NCBI GenBank assembly: GCA_963662585.1
Contig: OY759729.1
Span: forward strand, 736,001 to 800,000
Length of the DNA stretch: 64,000 nucleotides
Reading direction: 5' to 3'
Source: Candidatus Cloacimonadales bacterium
GTDB lineage: Bacteria > Cloacimonadota > Cloacimonadia > Cloacimonadales > JAFGVF01
Both the position numbers and the translations under genes were made by a program. The notes beneath the pieces are model-generated. The model did no database searches, was not told the origin of the DNA, and saw only the letters and a list, made by a program, of their open reading frames with translations. Shown here piece after piece: positions 28,619 through 38,907 of this stretch. Numbering within the stretch: the first letter of the stretch is position 1; each line of letters opens with the position of its first letter.

Positions 28619-31600
28619 TTAATCACTATAAGCTTGAATCTTGAAGAATATCATTGGAAGAACATCTCCAATTCCATAAAAGATATATTGATTTTCATAA
28701 GCAGTATCAAAGTAATTACTTCCATCTAGTTCAAATTCAGGGTTTTCTGAAAAGAAGATATCATAGACAACATCCTGCAAAGGATTTCCCGAAGTATCTT
28801 CATCTACAATATCCCAAGAAAGAATCAAATCATTACCTTGGAAAGTTAGAGTAATATTTTCTGGTTTTCTAGGTTTTGAATCATTGTTAGTAACAAAAGA
28901 AATTTCATCAGAAAAAGTCTCGTTTGAAGCTATATCAACAGCAGCAACTTTAAGGAAATATTGAACATTAGGATTCAAGTTAGGAAGAGTAAAAATGATC
29001 TGTCCTGAGCCAGCATCAGCTAATTCAGGAAAGTCTAACCAAGATACGAAATTAGCTTGATTAGTCACATTTTCATTTTCGCTATAGAATATTTTATAGC
29101 CGATAAAGTTGGCGTCTTGACTGCTTGTCCAGGCTATTTCTGCTGTTGAAATAGTAATTAATCCAGGTAAGATGTTACTTATGTCAGTAGGATAAATAGT
29201 GTCAATACTTACAGACCAATCATCAGTAATTCCTTCAGCACTATCAAAGCCACTATATGAATAACCAAAACCACTAATGTCTTTAGCTCGGAATTCGAAT
29301 TTAAGCTCTTCCCCATCAGTGAGGTAATTTGCTTGTGCAGTAACTTCTAAGACAAAATCTCCATTTTCATCCATAATACCAAAATTATTTCTAAGAGATT
29401 TAGCTCTGTCATTAGCAAAAACATTCAACCACTCTTCAGCAGAATCATATTGTCCATTTCCGTTAGCATCTATACGATATTGAACAGTTGAGCTATCAAC
29501 ACCATAAGCATCTTTAATCTTGCAAGCAAGTTGAACTTGCCTTGTGTTAAGATAAGTTTCCGTTTGGATAGGGATAACATCATAAATCAAGGCAAAATCT
29601 GAAGCAAGTAGGCTAGTAACAATATTGGATAGTTCACTTCTGTTTCCTGCTAAATCTACAGCAAGAATAGTGAACCAATAGCGTTGAGCTAGGTCTAAAT
29701 CTTCGATTATGGTTGATGTGGTAAGATTATCATTTAAATTAGCATCTGATTCAATAGAGAACATAGTATCTTCAATAGATAAATCATAGTGATTAGAGTA
29801 ATATATTTCATAGTGTGAGAAATTATTATCTGAAGAAGATAACCAGTCTAAACTAACCGAAGTATCAGAAACATTACTAGTTAACAAATCTTCAACTAAA
29901 GCAGGTGCTTGAGTATCAATATTAAAAGTAAAATCATCATTAATACCCATTTCTGAATCAAGGCCACTATAGGAGTAGATATCATTCTGAGTATCAAAAC
30001 ATCTTAATTCTAAGCTGTAGCCTATAGCATCTTGATTGAGTACGAGTGGGATTTCAATCTCAATTTCACTATTATTTTGGTAATTGTCTATTGATAGCCA
30101 TAATTCATCTTGATCATAGCTATTATTGTTATTAGCATCTATTCTATACTCTAAAGAAGAACTATCAACCATCAAATCATCTGTGATCAGAACAGAGATA
30201 ATAGGAGTCAAGCTATTAAACCAAGTATCAGACTCAGTAAGGAATGTAATAGTAGGTAAGGAAGTTGGAGTTGCAGAGATAATTTCTGACCAATCTGAGA
30301 CATTTCCACTCATATCAGTGCTTCTAATGGCAAAATAATAACTTTCATTTAGAGTTAGACCTGTTATTATAGTTGTAGAATTCTCTTGAAAATAAAGTTC
30401 ATTATCATCACTTCCATTCCAGATAAAGAGTTGCTCAGTTAATGATTCTTCACTCATAACACTTATCTCATATTGGTTGAAGAAGTTATTTTCAATAGGA
30501 GACCATGAGAAAGTAAGCTCTTGAGGACTAACAGCAGTTAATTGAAGACCTTGAACTGTAGCTGGAGGTAAATAGTTACCCATGACGCCATTAATCTCAA
30601 AATCATCTATATTCCAATAATTTGTAGCTACAGTTGAAGATAAATATTGCCATCTAAATCTAACATTAGAATTATTTGCGACTTCAGGAAGCACTATTGA
30701 ATAAGTAGCAGTAGTTGATTCTTCAAAACTTTCAACATTATAATAAGTAAAACCATTTAAAGAATATTGAAAAATCGCAGTAACTCCGCTTGGTCTTAAT
30801 AAGTCATGATGAAAGGAAACTTCCACATCATAAATTCCTGATAAATCATAAGCTTTGGAGATAAATCGCTGAGTTCTTGATATTCTTGGGTTATTAACTT
30901 CCATAGACCAATCGTCTCCACTATCTTGACTTGTTAGCCAATTTCCTCCTGTGGCTGACCAGCCAGTTGCAAATGATCCACTATGGTTAAAATCTTCGCT
31001 GACATAATAACCAGCTTGTACTCTGATAACTAATGACTGGGAGACACTTAGATTGTGGTCGTCAGTTGCTGTTACAGTTACTCTCTCAACTCCTACCCAG
31101 CTAACATTAGGGGTAATTTGAAAGGAGTTATCAAGATAAGCTATATCCAGATTGTTATTCCCGGTAAAAGTATAAAGTAAATCAGAATCTACATCTGTGA
31201 AGAAGTTATCAATATCTTCTAAGCTGCTTGTAGCATTCATCAAGACATTAACTTCAGGGAATTGAGCAATAATTTCTGGAGCATCATTTACAGGGTTAAC
31301 TACTATAATAAGATTGTTAATGATATTAAGATTTTCACTATCTCCATCAACTATTACACCAGGAAGATTAATAACATCTCCTTCTACTGCTGTCAATTCA
31401 AGAGTCTCAGTGCCAAACCAGTTTAAATGTGGCTGGAGGGTAAGAATATTCTCAGCAATCGAAAAATCAACATTAACAGAATTATTGATTGAATAATCTA
31501 GGATATTATCAATATCAGAGAAATAGTCATTTAGATTTAAGGAATATTCTTCAAAATCTTCAGCAATTTCTATTTCTGGAAGTGCTTGCAGTTGAATAGG

Positions 31601-32677
31601 TTGATCATTAACATTAACTACACTAACCTCTATCTGCTGACTAATTTCAAACCCATAAGTATCAGAGATAATTAAATTTACTGTTTCACTTCCAAACCAG
31701 TTTTCTGTAGCTGAAAAAGATATTAAATCATCTTGAAAGTTCATAAAGATATTCTCTTCTACTTCAAGATTAACGAAAAGACTATCACCTTGATTCAAAT
31801 CACTATCTGCAATATAATCATTAATATTATAGGCAATAAGACTTTCATCTTCATTAAAAGAAACATCCTCAAAAGGAGTTAGAAAGTGAGGAGATTGAGG
31901 AATATTGCTTATAATAAGATTAAATTCCACTTGCGAAGACAAAGTATCTTCATTAGTTGCAGAGATAAGCATATTATATTCACCTGCTGAGTAGTAATCT
32001 GAAGTCCAATTAATCAAGGCTCTACCATCTCCATTATCAGTAAAGCTTGCTCCTTCAGGTAAATTAGCAAGATCAATAACTAGATTCTTATCTAAAGGGT
32101 CAGTAACTATTATGGGAATATTGATATTATCATTTTCCTCAAATTCAGACTCTAGAATATCAGAAATCACAGGATAAGGAGTTCCTATAAATACCCTACC
32201 AGCAACTAAATCAGCTTGAGGAGTTCCTTCATTAAGAGCACCTAAAGCAAAAGTTAGTTCAGTAGAAGTATTTTCTTCTCCTCTAGCAGTCATAAGTATA
32301 TTTAAAGCATTACCCGACTGTGTTATAGGAGCTAAACCATAATGTGAAATTCTTAATTCGCCATTAACGATATGCCAAATTGGGGTGTTCCAATCTTCCG
32401 TTAAGAAACCAGAAACAACATCTTCTACATGAACGATAGTAGTATCTAAAGCTATCTTGAGATAAATTGAATAAACATCTTCATTGTTCAAACCAATTAT
32501 ATCTAGCGGAACTGTGAGAGTATCTGTAAGTCCCATAGCTAATTTAGGAAGACGAAGTTCTACCTGATTAGGAGTTATATAATCTTCTTTCAGAGAAGCT
32601 TCTTGCAAAGCTTGACTCACATTAATCCAACTCATAATTAATAAAATCAGAGGGATTACTAACTTGTTAGTTTTCAT
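28619..32677 (-). CDS. Large secreted acidic protein: cohesin-like domain, cadherin/Ig-like repeats, Fn3 repeats
   Basis: Signal peptide; TLTVPLDI...IALDTTIV cohesin-like segment; repeated NWFGSET/VNDAP Ig-like units; Fn3 motifs (YYFAIRSTDMSGN, FTILAVDLAGN). Confidence 0.7.
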   Translation of the reverse strand: MKTNKLVIPLILLIMSWINVSQALQEASLKEDYITPNQVELRLPKLAMGLTDTLTVPLDIIGLNNEDVYSIYLKIALDTTIVHVEDVVSGFLTEDWNTPIWHIVNGELRISHYGLAPITQSGNALNILMTARGEENTSTELTFALGALNEGTPQADLVAGRVFIGTPYPVISDILESEFEENDNINIPIIVTDPLDKNLVIDLANLPEGASFTDNGDGRALINWTSDYYSAGEYNMLISATNEDTLSSQVEFNLIISNIPQSPHFLTPFEDVSFNEDESLIAYNINDYIADSDLNQGDSLFVNLEVEENIFMNFQDDLISFSATENWFGSETVNLIISDTYGFEISQQIEVSVVNVNDQPIQLQALPEIEIAEDFEEYSLNLNDYFSDIDNILDYSINNSVNVDFSIAENILTLQPHLNWFGTETLELTAVEGDVINLPGVIVDGDSENLNIINNLIIVVNPVNDAPEIIAQFPEVNVLMNATSSLEDIDNFFTDVDSDLLYTFTGNNNLDIAYLDNSFQITPNVSWVGVERVTVTATDDHNLSVSQSLVIRVQAGYYVSEDFNHSGSFATGWSATGGNWLTSQDSGDDWSMEVNNPRISRTQRFISKAYDLSGIYDVEVSFHHDLLRPSGVTAIFQYSLNGFTYYNVESFEESTTATYSIVLPEVANNSNVRFRWQYLSSTVATNYWNIDDFEINGVMGNYLPPATVQGLQLTAVSPQELTFSWSPIENNFFNQYEISVMSEESLTEQLFIWNGSDDNELYFQENSTTIITGLTLNESYYFAIRSTDMSGNVSDWSEIISATPTSLPTITFLTESDTWFNSLTPIISVLITDDLMVDSSSLEYRIDANNNNSYDQDELWLSIDNYQNNSEIEIEIPLVLNQDAIGYSLELRCFDTQNDIYSYSGLDSEMGINDDFTFNIDTQAPALVEDLLTSNVSDTSVSLDWLSSSDNNFSHYEIYYSNHYDLSIEDTMFSIESDANLNDNLTTSTIIEDLDLAQRYWFTILAVDLAGNRSELSNIVTSLLASDFALIYDVIPIQTETYLNTRQVQLACKIKDAYGVDSSTVQYRIDANGNGQYDSAEEWLNVFANDRAKSLRNNFGIMDENGDFVLEVTAQANYLTDGEELKFEFRAKDISGFGYSYSGFDSAEGITDDWSVSIDTIYPTDISNILPGLITISTAEIAWTSSQDANFIGYKIFYSENENVTNQANFVSWLDFPELADAGSGQIIFTLPNLNPNVQYFLKVAAVDIASNETFSDEISFVTNNDSKPRKPENITLTFQGNDLILSWDIVDEDTSGNPLQDVVYDIFFSENPEFELDGSNYFDTAYENQYIFYGIGDVLPMIFFKIQAYSD

Positions 32678-32685
32678 TATAACCC

Positions 32686-35600
32686 CTATTTCATTAAGAC
32701 CATTTTTATTGTCTCATTATAACCATCAGTCATTTTAATTTTTGCAAAGTAAATACCACTACTTACATTTTTGGCATTCCAAGCTATAGTCTGGTGACCT
32801 TGTCCCATTTCATCATTAAGAAGAGTTGTAACTTTCTGTCCTTTTAAATTATAGATATCAATCTGAACTTTCTGTTGTTTAGCATTAAAGAAGCTAATAT
32901 TAGTCGATGGATTAAATGGGTTTGGATAATTTTGATATAACTTAGAATTAATTTGAATAGCATCATTGCTATTAGGTGTTATGCTAGAATTATTTTCATC
33001 AAAAATAATAGATAAGACTTGAAGACTCTCATCATCAATTTCAGCTAGTTTTCTGAATTTAAGAGTCATAACTTGACTTTCAGAAAGTTGGTTTACAGAG
33101 TAAGAGGCAGTTCTTAATAAGCCATTCTGAGTATTTGCGAAGGTAGTTAAACTATTTGGAGCAATATAACTCTCATATTCTAAAACATTCTCATCAAAAC
33201 TAAGCTTACTTGAAAGAGAGAAGAATTCATTATTATAATTAATATTAAGGAAAAGATATTCATCATCTTCCGTAAAGTTATAAGTTACACCCTGTGTGAA
33301 ATCATCTTCTCTAACACTAGTCCAATTGCCACTAACATCACCAATTGCTATTCCCATAAAGGTGCGAGGAGTAAAGGCTGGAGAAAGTAAGAATTCATGT
33401 GTTGCTGGAGTAAAAGCCATTACACCAGCTGGTAATTCATCAAAAATACCAACACTATATCTTGCGATTGTGGCAGCATCATAAATATCAACATCACCAT
33501 CGCCATCAACATTACCAGCAACTATTTGATTTCCATCAAGATTGATTAAACCTAAAGCATAGCGGGCAACCATGGAAGCATCTAAAGGACTTATTAATAG
33601 CTCAGGAAGTTGTCCTTCAAAATCAGCAGTTAGAGTATAATCTCCATAATAGAAATCATTAAAAGAGAATTCACCTGAAGAGTTGGTTAAATTATTTCCT
33701 TGAGAAAAACCTTCAGCTGTGATATTTACATCAGCAATAGCACCATTATTACTATAATAGTTTGTCCAACCACTTATATCATAGACATTTCTTAAAGTAA
33801 ATAACCCAGAAACAATTGTTGGTTCAGGGTCACCATTATTATATTGAAAATTATTAATAGTAATAGCAGTATTTTGCAAATCAGCACCAGCATCGTTAAC
33901 TAAGAATTTAAGTAGGAAAAGATCTCCACTTCCATTTAAGAAGTCAACACTAAAGCCATTAACAGCAACTTCTCCCATAATAGTTCCGTTACTATTAACT
34001 GTCCAGTCTTCTGTTAAACACTCTGTTGTTTCTGTTTCAAGATAAGTTAGAAGAGATGGAGTAAAGCCCAATGTTATTTGGAATGAGTTAAGATCAAAGT
34101 TCTCATAAGCATTTAAAGCTTGGATAGCTACTGAAATAGTATCACCTGCAGAAGCATAATAGTCATCAATTACAACTTTTAATTCTCCGACCATCACTTG
34201 ACCAGGAGCAAAAGATGTCACAGGGTCATTTATTCCATCATCTATTACAGCATAAATATAATATTTACCATAAGGAGTATCTGTGAAATCCCAGTCATAA
34301 CTAAAATCGCTATCTTCATTAAGATTTTCTACAATAAGAATTCCGTTTTCATCATTGACACTATTATAGTATAAGCTAATCTGAGCATCGTTATCATAGT
34401 CAGAAGCAATCCAAGAAATTAATGTTGAAGAAGGATTAATCTCTAAAGTTGTAGGAGTAACTAAAGATATTGCTGGAGAGGTATTTACTAAATTGCAACC
34501 AGCCTCTTCAATCCTACTCACCATAGCACCTTCGTAATTAGCAGTATTAGAAATATCTTGTGCTACCAAACTATCGATACCGGTAACTTGTCCCCACCAG
34601 TTGTTTTGTAGATTTGCACTTGTTCCGTTAAGATTAGCTATTGATACTATGAAATCAAAATGATATTGCAAATTGGATACCCATGCCCTTGCTCCAGGAC
34701 AGTTTTCTATTTGATACATATCTAAAACTACATCTGTTCTGTTATATATCACATCATCAATGGGGCCAGTAATTGTTCTTGTACTCATATCAAAGTAGGT
34801 ATAAGCGCTAGAGAAATAATAATAATACTCATCTTGTAAGTAATAAACGCCATTAGCTTTAAAACGAGTATAATTACGGTAATTTCTGTATGAACTAGAG
34901 CTTGAACTACAGTAATAATTATCACCATCTTTCTTGTAAGTTATCCTATCTAAATAAATTGGAGCACCAGAAGGATTTATTTTTAAATATAGATCTTCAG
35001 GAAAAGTAACTGCACCAGAAGTAGTTCTCCATTCATATTCATCTTCAGTATCATAACTAAAGCTATTCTCTTCAAAACCATTATGTGTTATATTAGAATA
35101 GTTAATTGAAGGTTCTGAACGATATACAGATATTCCACCATACCTATTATCTTCAATATTACAATAGGAAAACTCTGCTGGAACTCCAGCGATACTAACC
35201 CCAAATTTGTTATCAGAAATAGTACAATTAGTAAAAGTAGGAATGCCTGTTGTGCTTATGATAGATACACCTGAACCAATATTATTATTAATTTGGCAGT
35301 TATTAAAAACTGGGCTCATATTCTCTACAAAAACACCATTAGAATGATTGCTGTTAAATTTGCTATCATTAAAAGTAACTGTTTGAGTATTATCAAGCCA
35401 CAAGCCATGAGATCCACTTCTAGCAATATTAACGCGAGTAGCACTAATAGTTACTGTTGCTAAAGCTTTCAGACCAAATCCACCTGAATTACCAATTGAT
35501 ACATCTGTTAGATTAACAGAGCCAGACTCAATAATCATACCATCTTCTGTAGTATTTTCGATTATAGTATTGATAAATCTGCTCATATTGATAGTGTTTT

Positions 35601-36117
35601 GAATTCTAATACCATATTCTTCGGAGTTTAAAATCTTGAGATTATTAGCTTGTAAACCAACACCATTGATATAAATTGGTCTATTGGCATTATAAATCTC
35701 TACATTAGTGAAGTTTGATTGAGATTGTGTACTTGCTGAATTAAAAGTAATTCCAGACCAGTCTTTATGTTCAGGAATGGTCTCCAAAGATTTAAAAATT
35801 ACCTTATCAGTTGAAGTACCAAGACAGATCATTCTACCTGAAACAAAAATATCAATATCGCCTATTGAATCAGCATTCTGATCAATCTTAGGAATTGTAA
35901 TGGTTACCCCTGAAGCGATTGTCAGAGTAACATTTTCATCAATCCATAAATCCCCTGTTATTGATATATCTTCATTCCAAGTTGTGTTAGTTGTAATATG
36001 TCCGTTTATACCATACAAGGGAATTAGTAAGTTTAACAATAAAAATGTAATAACAAATATAGTTTTATTGGTATTTAAAAACCATTTTGCAATAAAAAAT
36101 CTAGAATTAGTGTTCAT
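32686..36117 (-). CDS. Secreted beta-helix protein with cohesin-like and dockerin-like modules and a FlgD/T9SS-type tail
   Basis: Parallel beta-helix repeats; ASAGDTISVAI..FQITLGF cohesin-like; ISPLDASMVARY...GNVDGDGDVDIYDAATIARY dockerin-like; QNYPNPFNPST...SSGIYF...KMVLMK. Confidence 0.75.
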   Translation of the reverse strand: MNTNSRFFIAKWFLNTNKTIFVITFLLLNLLIPLYGINGHITTNTTWNEDISITGDLWIDENVTLTIASGVTITIPKIDQNADSIGDIDIFVSGRMICLGTSTDKVIFKSLETIPEHKDWSGITFNSASTQSQSNFTNVEIYNANRPIYINGVGLQANNLKILNSEEYGIRIQNTINMSRFINTIIENTTEDGMIIESGSVNLTDVSIGNSGGFGLKALATVTISATRVNIARSGSHGLWLDNTQTVTFNDSKFNSNHSNGVFVENMSPVFNNCQINNNIGSGVSIISTTGIPTFTNCTISDNKFGVSIAGVPAEFSYCNIEDNRYGGISVYRSEPSINYSNITHNGFEENSFSYDTEDEYEWRTTSGAVTFPEDLYLKINPSGAPIYLDRITYKKDGDNYYCSSSSSSYRNYRNYTRFKANGVYYLQDEYYYYFSSAYTYFDMSTRTITGPIDDVIYNRTDVVLDMYQIENCPGARAWVSNLQYHFDFIVSIANLNGTSANLQNNWWGQVTGIDSLVAQDISNTANYEGAMVSRIEEAGCNLVNTSPAISLVTPTTLEINPSSTLISWIASDYDNDAQISLYYNSVNDENGILIVENLNEDSDFSYDWDFTDTPYGKYYIYAVIDDGINDPVTSFAPGQVMVGELKVVIDDYYASAGDTISVAIQALNAYENFDLNSFQITLGFTPSLLTYLETETTECLTEDWTVNSNGTIMGEVAVNGFSVDFLNGSGDLFLLKFLVNDAGADLQNTAITINNFQYNNGDPEPTIVSGLFTLRNVYDISGWTNYYSNNGAIADVNITAEGFSQGNNLTNSSGEFSFNDFYYGDYTLTADFEGQLPELLISPLDASMVARYALGLINLDGNQIVAGNVDGDGDVDIYDAATIARYSVGIFDELPAGVMAFTPATHEFLLSPAFTPRTFMGIAIGDVSGNWTSVREDDFTQGVTYNFTEDDEYLFLNINYNNEFFSLSSKLSFDENVLEYESYIAPNSLTTFANTQNGLLRTASYSVNQLSESQVMTLKFRKLAEIDDESLQVLSIIFDENNSSITPNSNDAIQINSKLYQNYPNPFNPSTNISFFNAKQQKVQIDIYNLKGQKVTTLLNDEMGQGHQTIAWNAKNVSSGIYFAKIKMTDGYNETIKMVLMK

Positions 36118-36282
36118 ATTGTTTCTCCAAATGTTAAATTTTGATGTAACAATATTGGGATTTTATTTGATAAGTGTCAAGTATTTTTTATAAAAAACAT
36201 ATTGTAACTTGTAATATTTGAGTTTGATAAATATACTATACATAAATGGTATTGCAGACTTATAATTATTTAAGTCGGAGGA

Positions 36283-36318
36283 AATCACCCCCTGTCTCCC
36301 CCTCATTGAGGGGGATTC
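36283..36318. repeat. Single copy of the CCCCCT-CCCCTC..GAGGGGG palindromic module
   Basis: ATCACCCCCTGTCTCCCCCTCATTGAGGGGGATT, same family as 17340, 24793, 51235. Confidence 0.7.
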
Positions 36319-36378
36319 TAGGCAAAGGGCTTAATTTGTGTTAATTTAAATTATTTAGCGTTAATTTGTTTAAAGGTC

Positions 36379-37737
36379 TTATTGCTTAGCAAATTTATCT
36401 AATTTTCTTTCAAACAAATCTTGAATTTCCTTCATTCTAGCTTCAGTTTCAGCTTCATAGCGAAGAACTAAAACAGGAGTCGTGTTTGACGCACGGCATA
36501 ATCCCCAACCATCTTTGAAAGTAACTCTCACACCATCGATTGCGATAGCTTCGAAGCCTTCAGCGATAAATTCATCCCTGATTTTATCTACTATAGCAAA
36601 TTTCTTCTCTTCTGGTACATGATAATGAATTTCTGGAGTATTGAACATCTTAGGTTGGTCTTCTAGGAATCTGCTAACAGGAATATCTTTCTTAGCTGCT
36701 ATTTCAGTGAAGCGACAGCAGACATATATTGCATCGTCAAAGCCTAAGTATCTATCACCTAAGAATACATGACCTGACATTTCTCCACCGACTTTAATTC
36801 CCCTGTCTTTCATTTCGTTCTTGATATTAGCATGACCTGTTTTATACATGACAGGTTTTCCACCGTGTTTAGCAATATCATCATAGAGGTTTTTAGAGCA
36901 TTTAACATCTGCAAGAACTGTTTCTCCTGGGTTTTTCTCTAAGAAATCACGGGCAATAATATTAAGAATTTGGTCGCCATAAAGCATATTACCTTTTTCA
37001 TCAATAACACCAATTCTATCAGCATCGCCATCTAAACCCAGTCCGATATCTGCTTTAAGTTCTAAAACTTTCGCAATGAGGTCTTTATTATTTTTGAGGA
37101 CTGTTGGATCAGGATGGTGATTAGGGAAAGTTCCATCAGGTTCGCAGTAAAGCTCAGTTACATCACATCCTAAGTCTCTAAGGATATTAGGTAAGAAAGG
37201 TCCACCTGCACCATTTCCACCATCAACAACAACTTTGAGAGGTCTTTTCATATCAATATTCTCAACAATATATTTATGATAATCAGGAACAACACTTCTA
37301 TCTTCTTTCAAAGTACCGCTTCCAGAGGCAAATTCACCTTTATCAATTATGTCATATATATGTTGGATATCTTCGCCATAAACACTGGCGAGTCCTAAAT
37401 TTAGTTTAATTCCATTATATTCTGAAGGGTTATGGCTAGCAGTAATCATAGTACCAGCATCAACTTTGTAGTACCAAATAGAAAAATAGAGAATAGGAGT
37501 AGCAGCGAATCCTACATCGATTACATCGATACCTGTTTCACGAGCACCTTTAATAAAAGCAGCTTTATAGTCAGGAGTTGTTAATCTAGCATCACCTGCT
37601 ATAACCAATGTTTTCTTGTCTAAATTTCTTAAATAAGTTCCAAATCCTTTGCCGATAAGATAGAGATTCTCAACACTAAGATCTTTATCTACAAGACCAC
37701 GAATATCATATTGTCTAAAAATACTTCTATTAAGCAT
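36379..37737 (-). CDS. Phosphomannomutase/phosphoglucomutase
   Basis: TASHNP, DGDADR, GEMSGH, RASNTTP. Confidence 0.95.
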   Translation of the reverse strand: MLNRSIFRQYDIRGLVDKDLSVENLYLIGKGFGTYLRNLDKKTLVIAGDARLTTPDYKAAFIKGARETGIDVIDVGFAATPILYFSIWYYKVDAGTMITASHNPSEYNGIKLNLGLASVYGEDIQHIYDIIDKGEFASGSGTLKEDRSVVPDYHKYIVENIDMKRPLKVVVDGGNGAGGPFLPNILRDLGCDVTELYCEPDGTFPNHHPDPTVLKNNKDLIAKVLELKADIGLGLDGDADRIGVIDEKGNMLYGDQILNIIARDFLEKNPGETVLADVKCSKNLYDDIAKHGGKPVMYKTGHANIKNEMKDRGIKVGGEMSGHVFLGDRYLGFDDAIYVCCRFTEIAAKKDIPVSRFLEDQPKMFNTPEIHYHVPEEKKFAIVDKIRDEFIAEGFEAIAIDGVRVTFKDGWGLCRASNTTPVLVLRYEAETEARMKEIQDLFERKLDKFAKQ

Positions 37738-37739
37738 AC

Positions 37740-38336
37740 TTATCTCTCCTTTGATGATTCATAATATTTCATAATTTCTTCCTTGATTAAGAAGAAAGCT
37801 TTAGCTCTATGGCTAATTTGATTTTTCTCTGTATCGCTCATTTGAGCGTAAGTCTTTTGAGTTTCTGAAACTTTGAAGATTGAATCATAACCGAATCCAG
37901 AATCACCAATTTCTTCAGTGGTTATCTGTCCAGGAACAATCCCTTCAGCAGTAGCAACTAAGCCTGTTTTATCAGCCAAAGCGACAACTGTTCTAAATTC
38001 TGCATATCTGTCTTCTTTTCCACTCATCTCTTTAAGCATTTTACTTCTATTATCTTGATAACTACACTTCTCACCGGCATAACGAGCTGAGTAAACTCCA
38101 GGCTGATTATCTAAAGCACGAACAAAGAGTCCTGTATCATCAGCAGCTGTTAAAAGTCCAGTAAATTGAGCATTTTCGCAAGCTTTTTTAACTGCATTTC
38201 CCATGATAGTGTCTTTATCTTCAATTACATCAGGAGCATCAGGGAATTCATTTAGGGAGAGAATTTCATAGCCCTTGAGAATTTCCTTTATCTCTTTGAT
38301 TTTATCTCTGTTTTTTGATCCTATAAATATTTTCAT
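37740..38336 (-). CDS. rdgB: Non-canonical purine NTP pyrophosphatase (RdgB/HAM1)
   Basis: ADDTGL, PGVYSARYAG, GFGYDSIF, KNQISHR; start moved to ATG 38336 overlapping the upstream stop. Confidence 0.93.
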   Translation of the reverse strand: MKIFIGSKNRDKIKEIKEILKGYEILSLNEFPDAPDVIEDKDTIMGNAVKKACENAQFTGLLTAADDTGLFVRALDNQPGVYSARYAGEKCSYQDNRSKMLKEMSGKEDRYAEFRTVVALADKTGLVATAEGIVPGQITTEEIGDSGFGYDSIFKVSETQKTYAQMSDTEKNQISHRAKAFFLIKEEIMKYYESSKER

Positions 38337-38887
38337 TAAGATTTTTTCCATATCCATTTTCTAATTTTCTTTAGTACATTTTTATCTAAGAATTGATCAG
38401 ATTTTTCTAGAAGGGTTCGAATTAAATCAATAATATTCTCTTTTCCACTCCAGTTTTCGATAATGACATTCTCTCCAACATTATTCAGTAAGTTATCTAA
38501 AGCAAAAATAACTAAGAAAAGATCGTCTGTATAGCCAATGAAAGGTATGAAATCAGGAATGATGTCTATGGGTGAAATCAGATAAGCAATAACTCCTGCT
38601 AAAAACACTTTCTTCCCTGCAGGAACTCTTTTATCTACTACTAAGCGACTTACTAAAATGAATAAATCTGGTAAGAGAAGAAGGAATTGTGCTATTTCAT
38701 AACCAGCTTTTCCAGTTCTCTTTTTGGCCCATTTATCAATAGTAGTTCTCATCTTTTCATAGAATCTGAACTTTCTCTCCCCTAATAATTTAATCTCATC
38801 AAAATCTTTTTCATTAAATTCTGTTTCTACGCCTTCAATTACATCATCTATTTCTTCATCAATATCATCTAATTTTTCGTCTTGCAT
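38336..38887 (-). CDS. DUF1232 (YkvA) family membrane protein
   Basis: YLISPIDIIPDFIPFIGYTDD. Confidence 0.9.
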   Translation of the reverse strand: MQDEKLDDIDEEIDDVIEGVETEFNEKDFDEIKLLGERKFRFYEKMRTTIDKWAKKRTGKAGYEIAQFLLLLPDLFILVSRLVVDKRVPAGKKVFLAGVIAYLISPIDIIPDFIPFIGYTDDLFLVIFALDNLLNNVGENVIIENWSGKENIIDLIRTLLEKSDQFLDKNVLKKIRKWIWKKS

Positions 38888-38907
38888 TTCTCCTCCTTGA
38901 AGATTAA

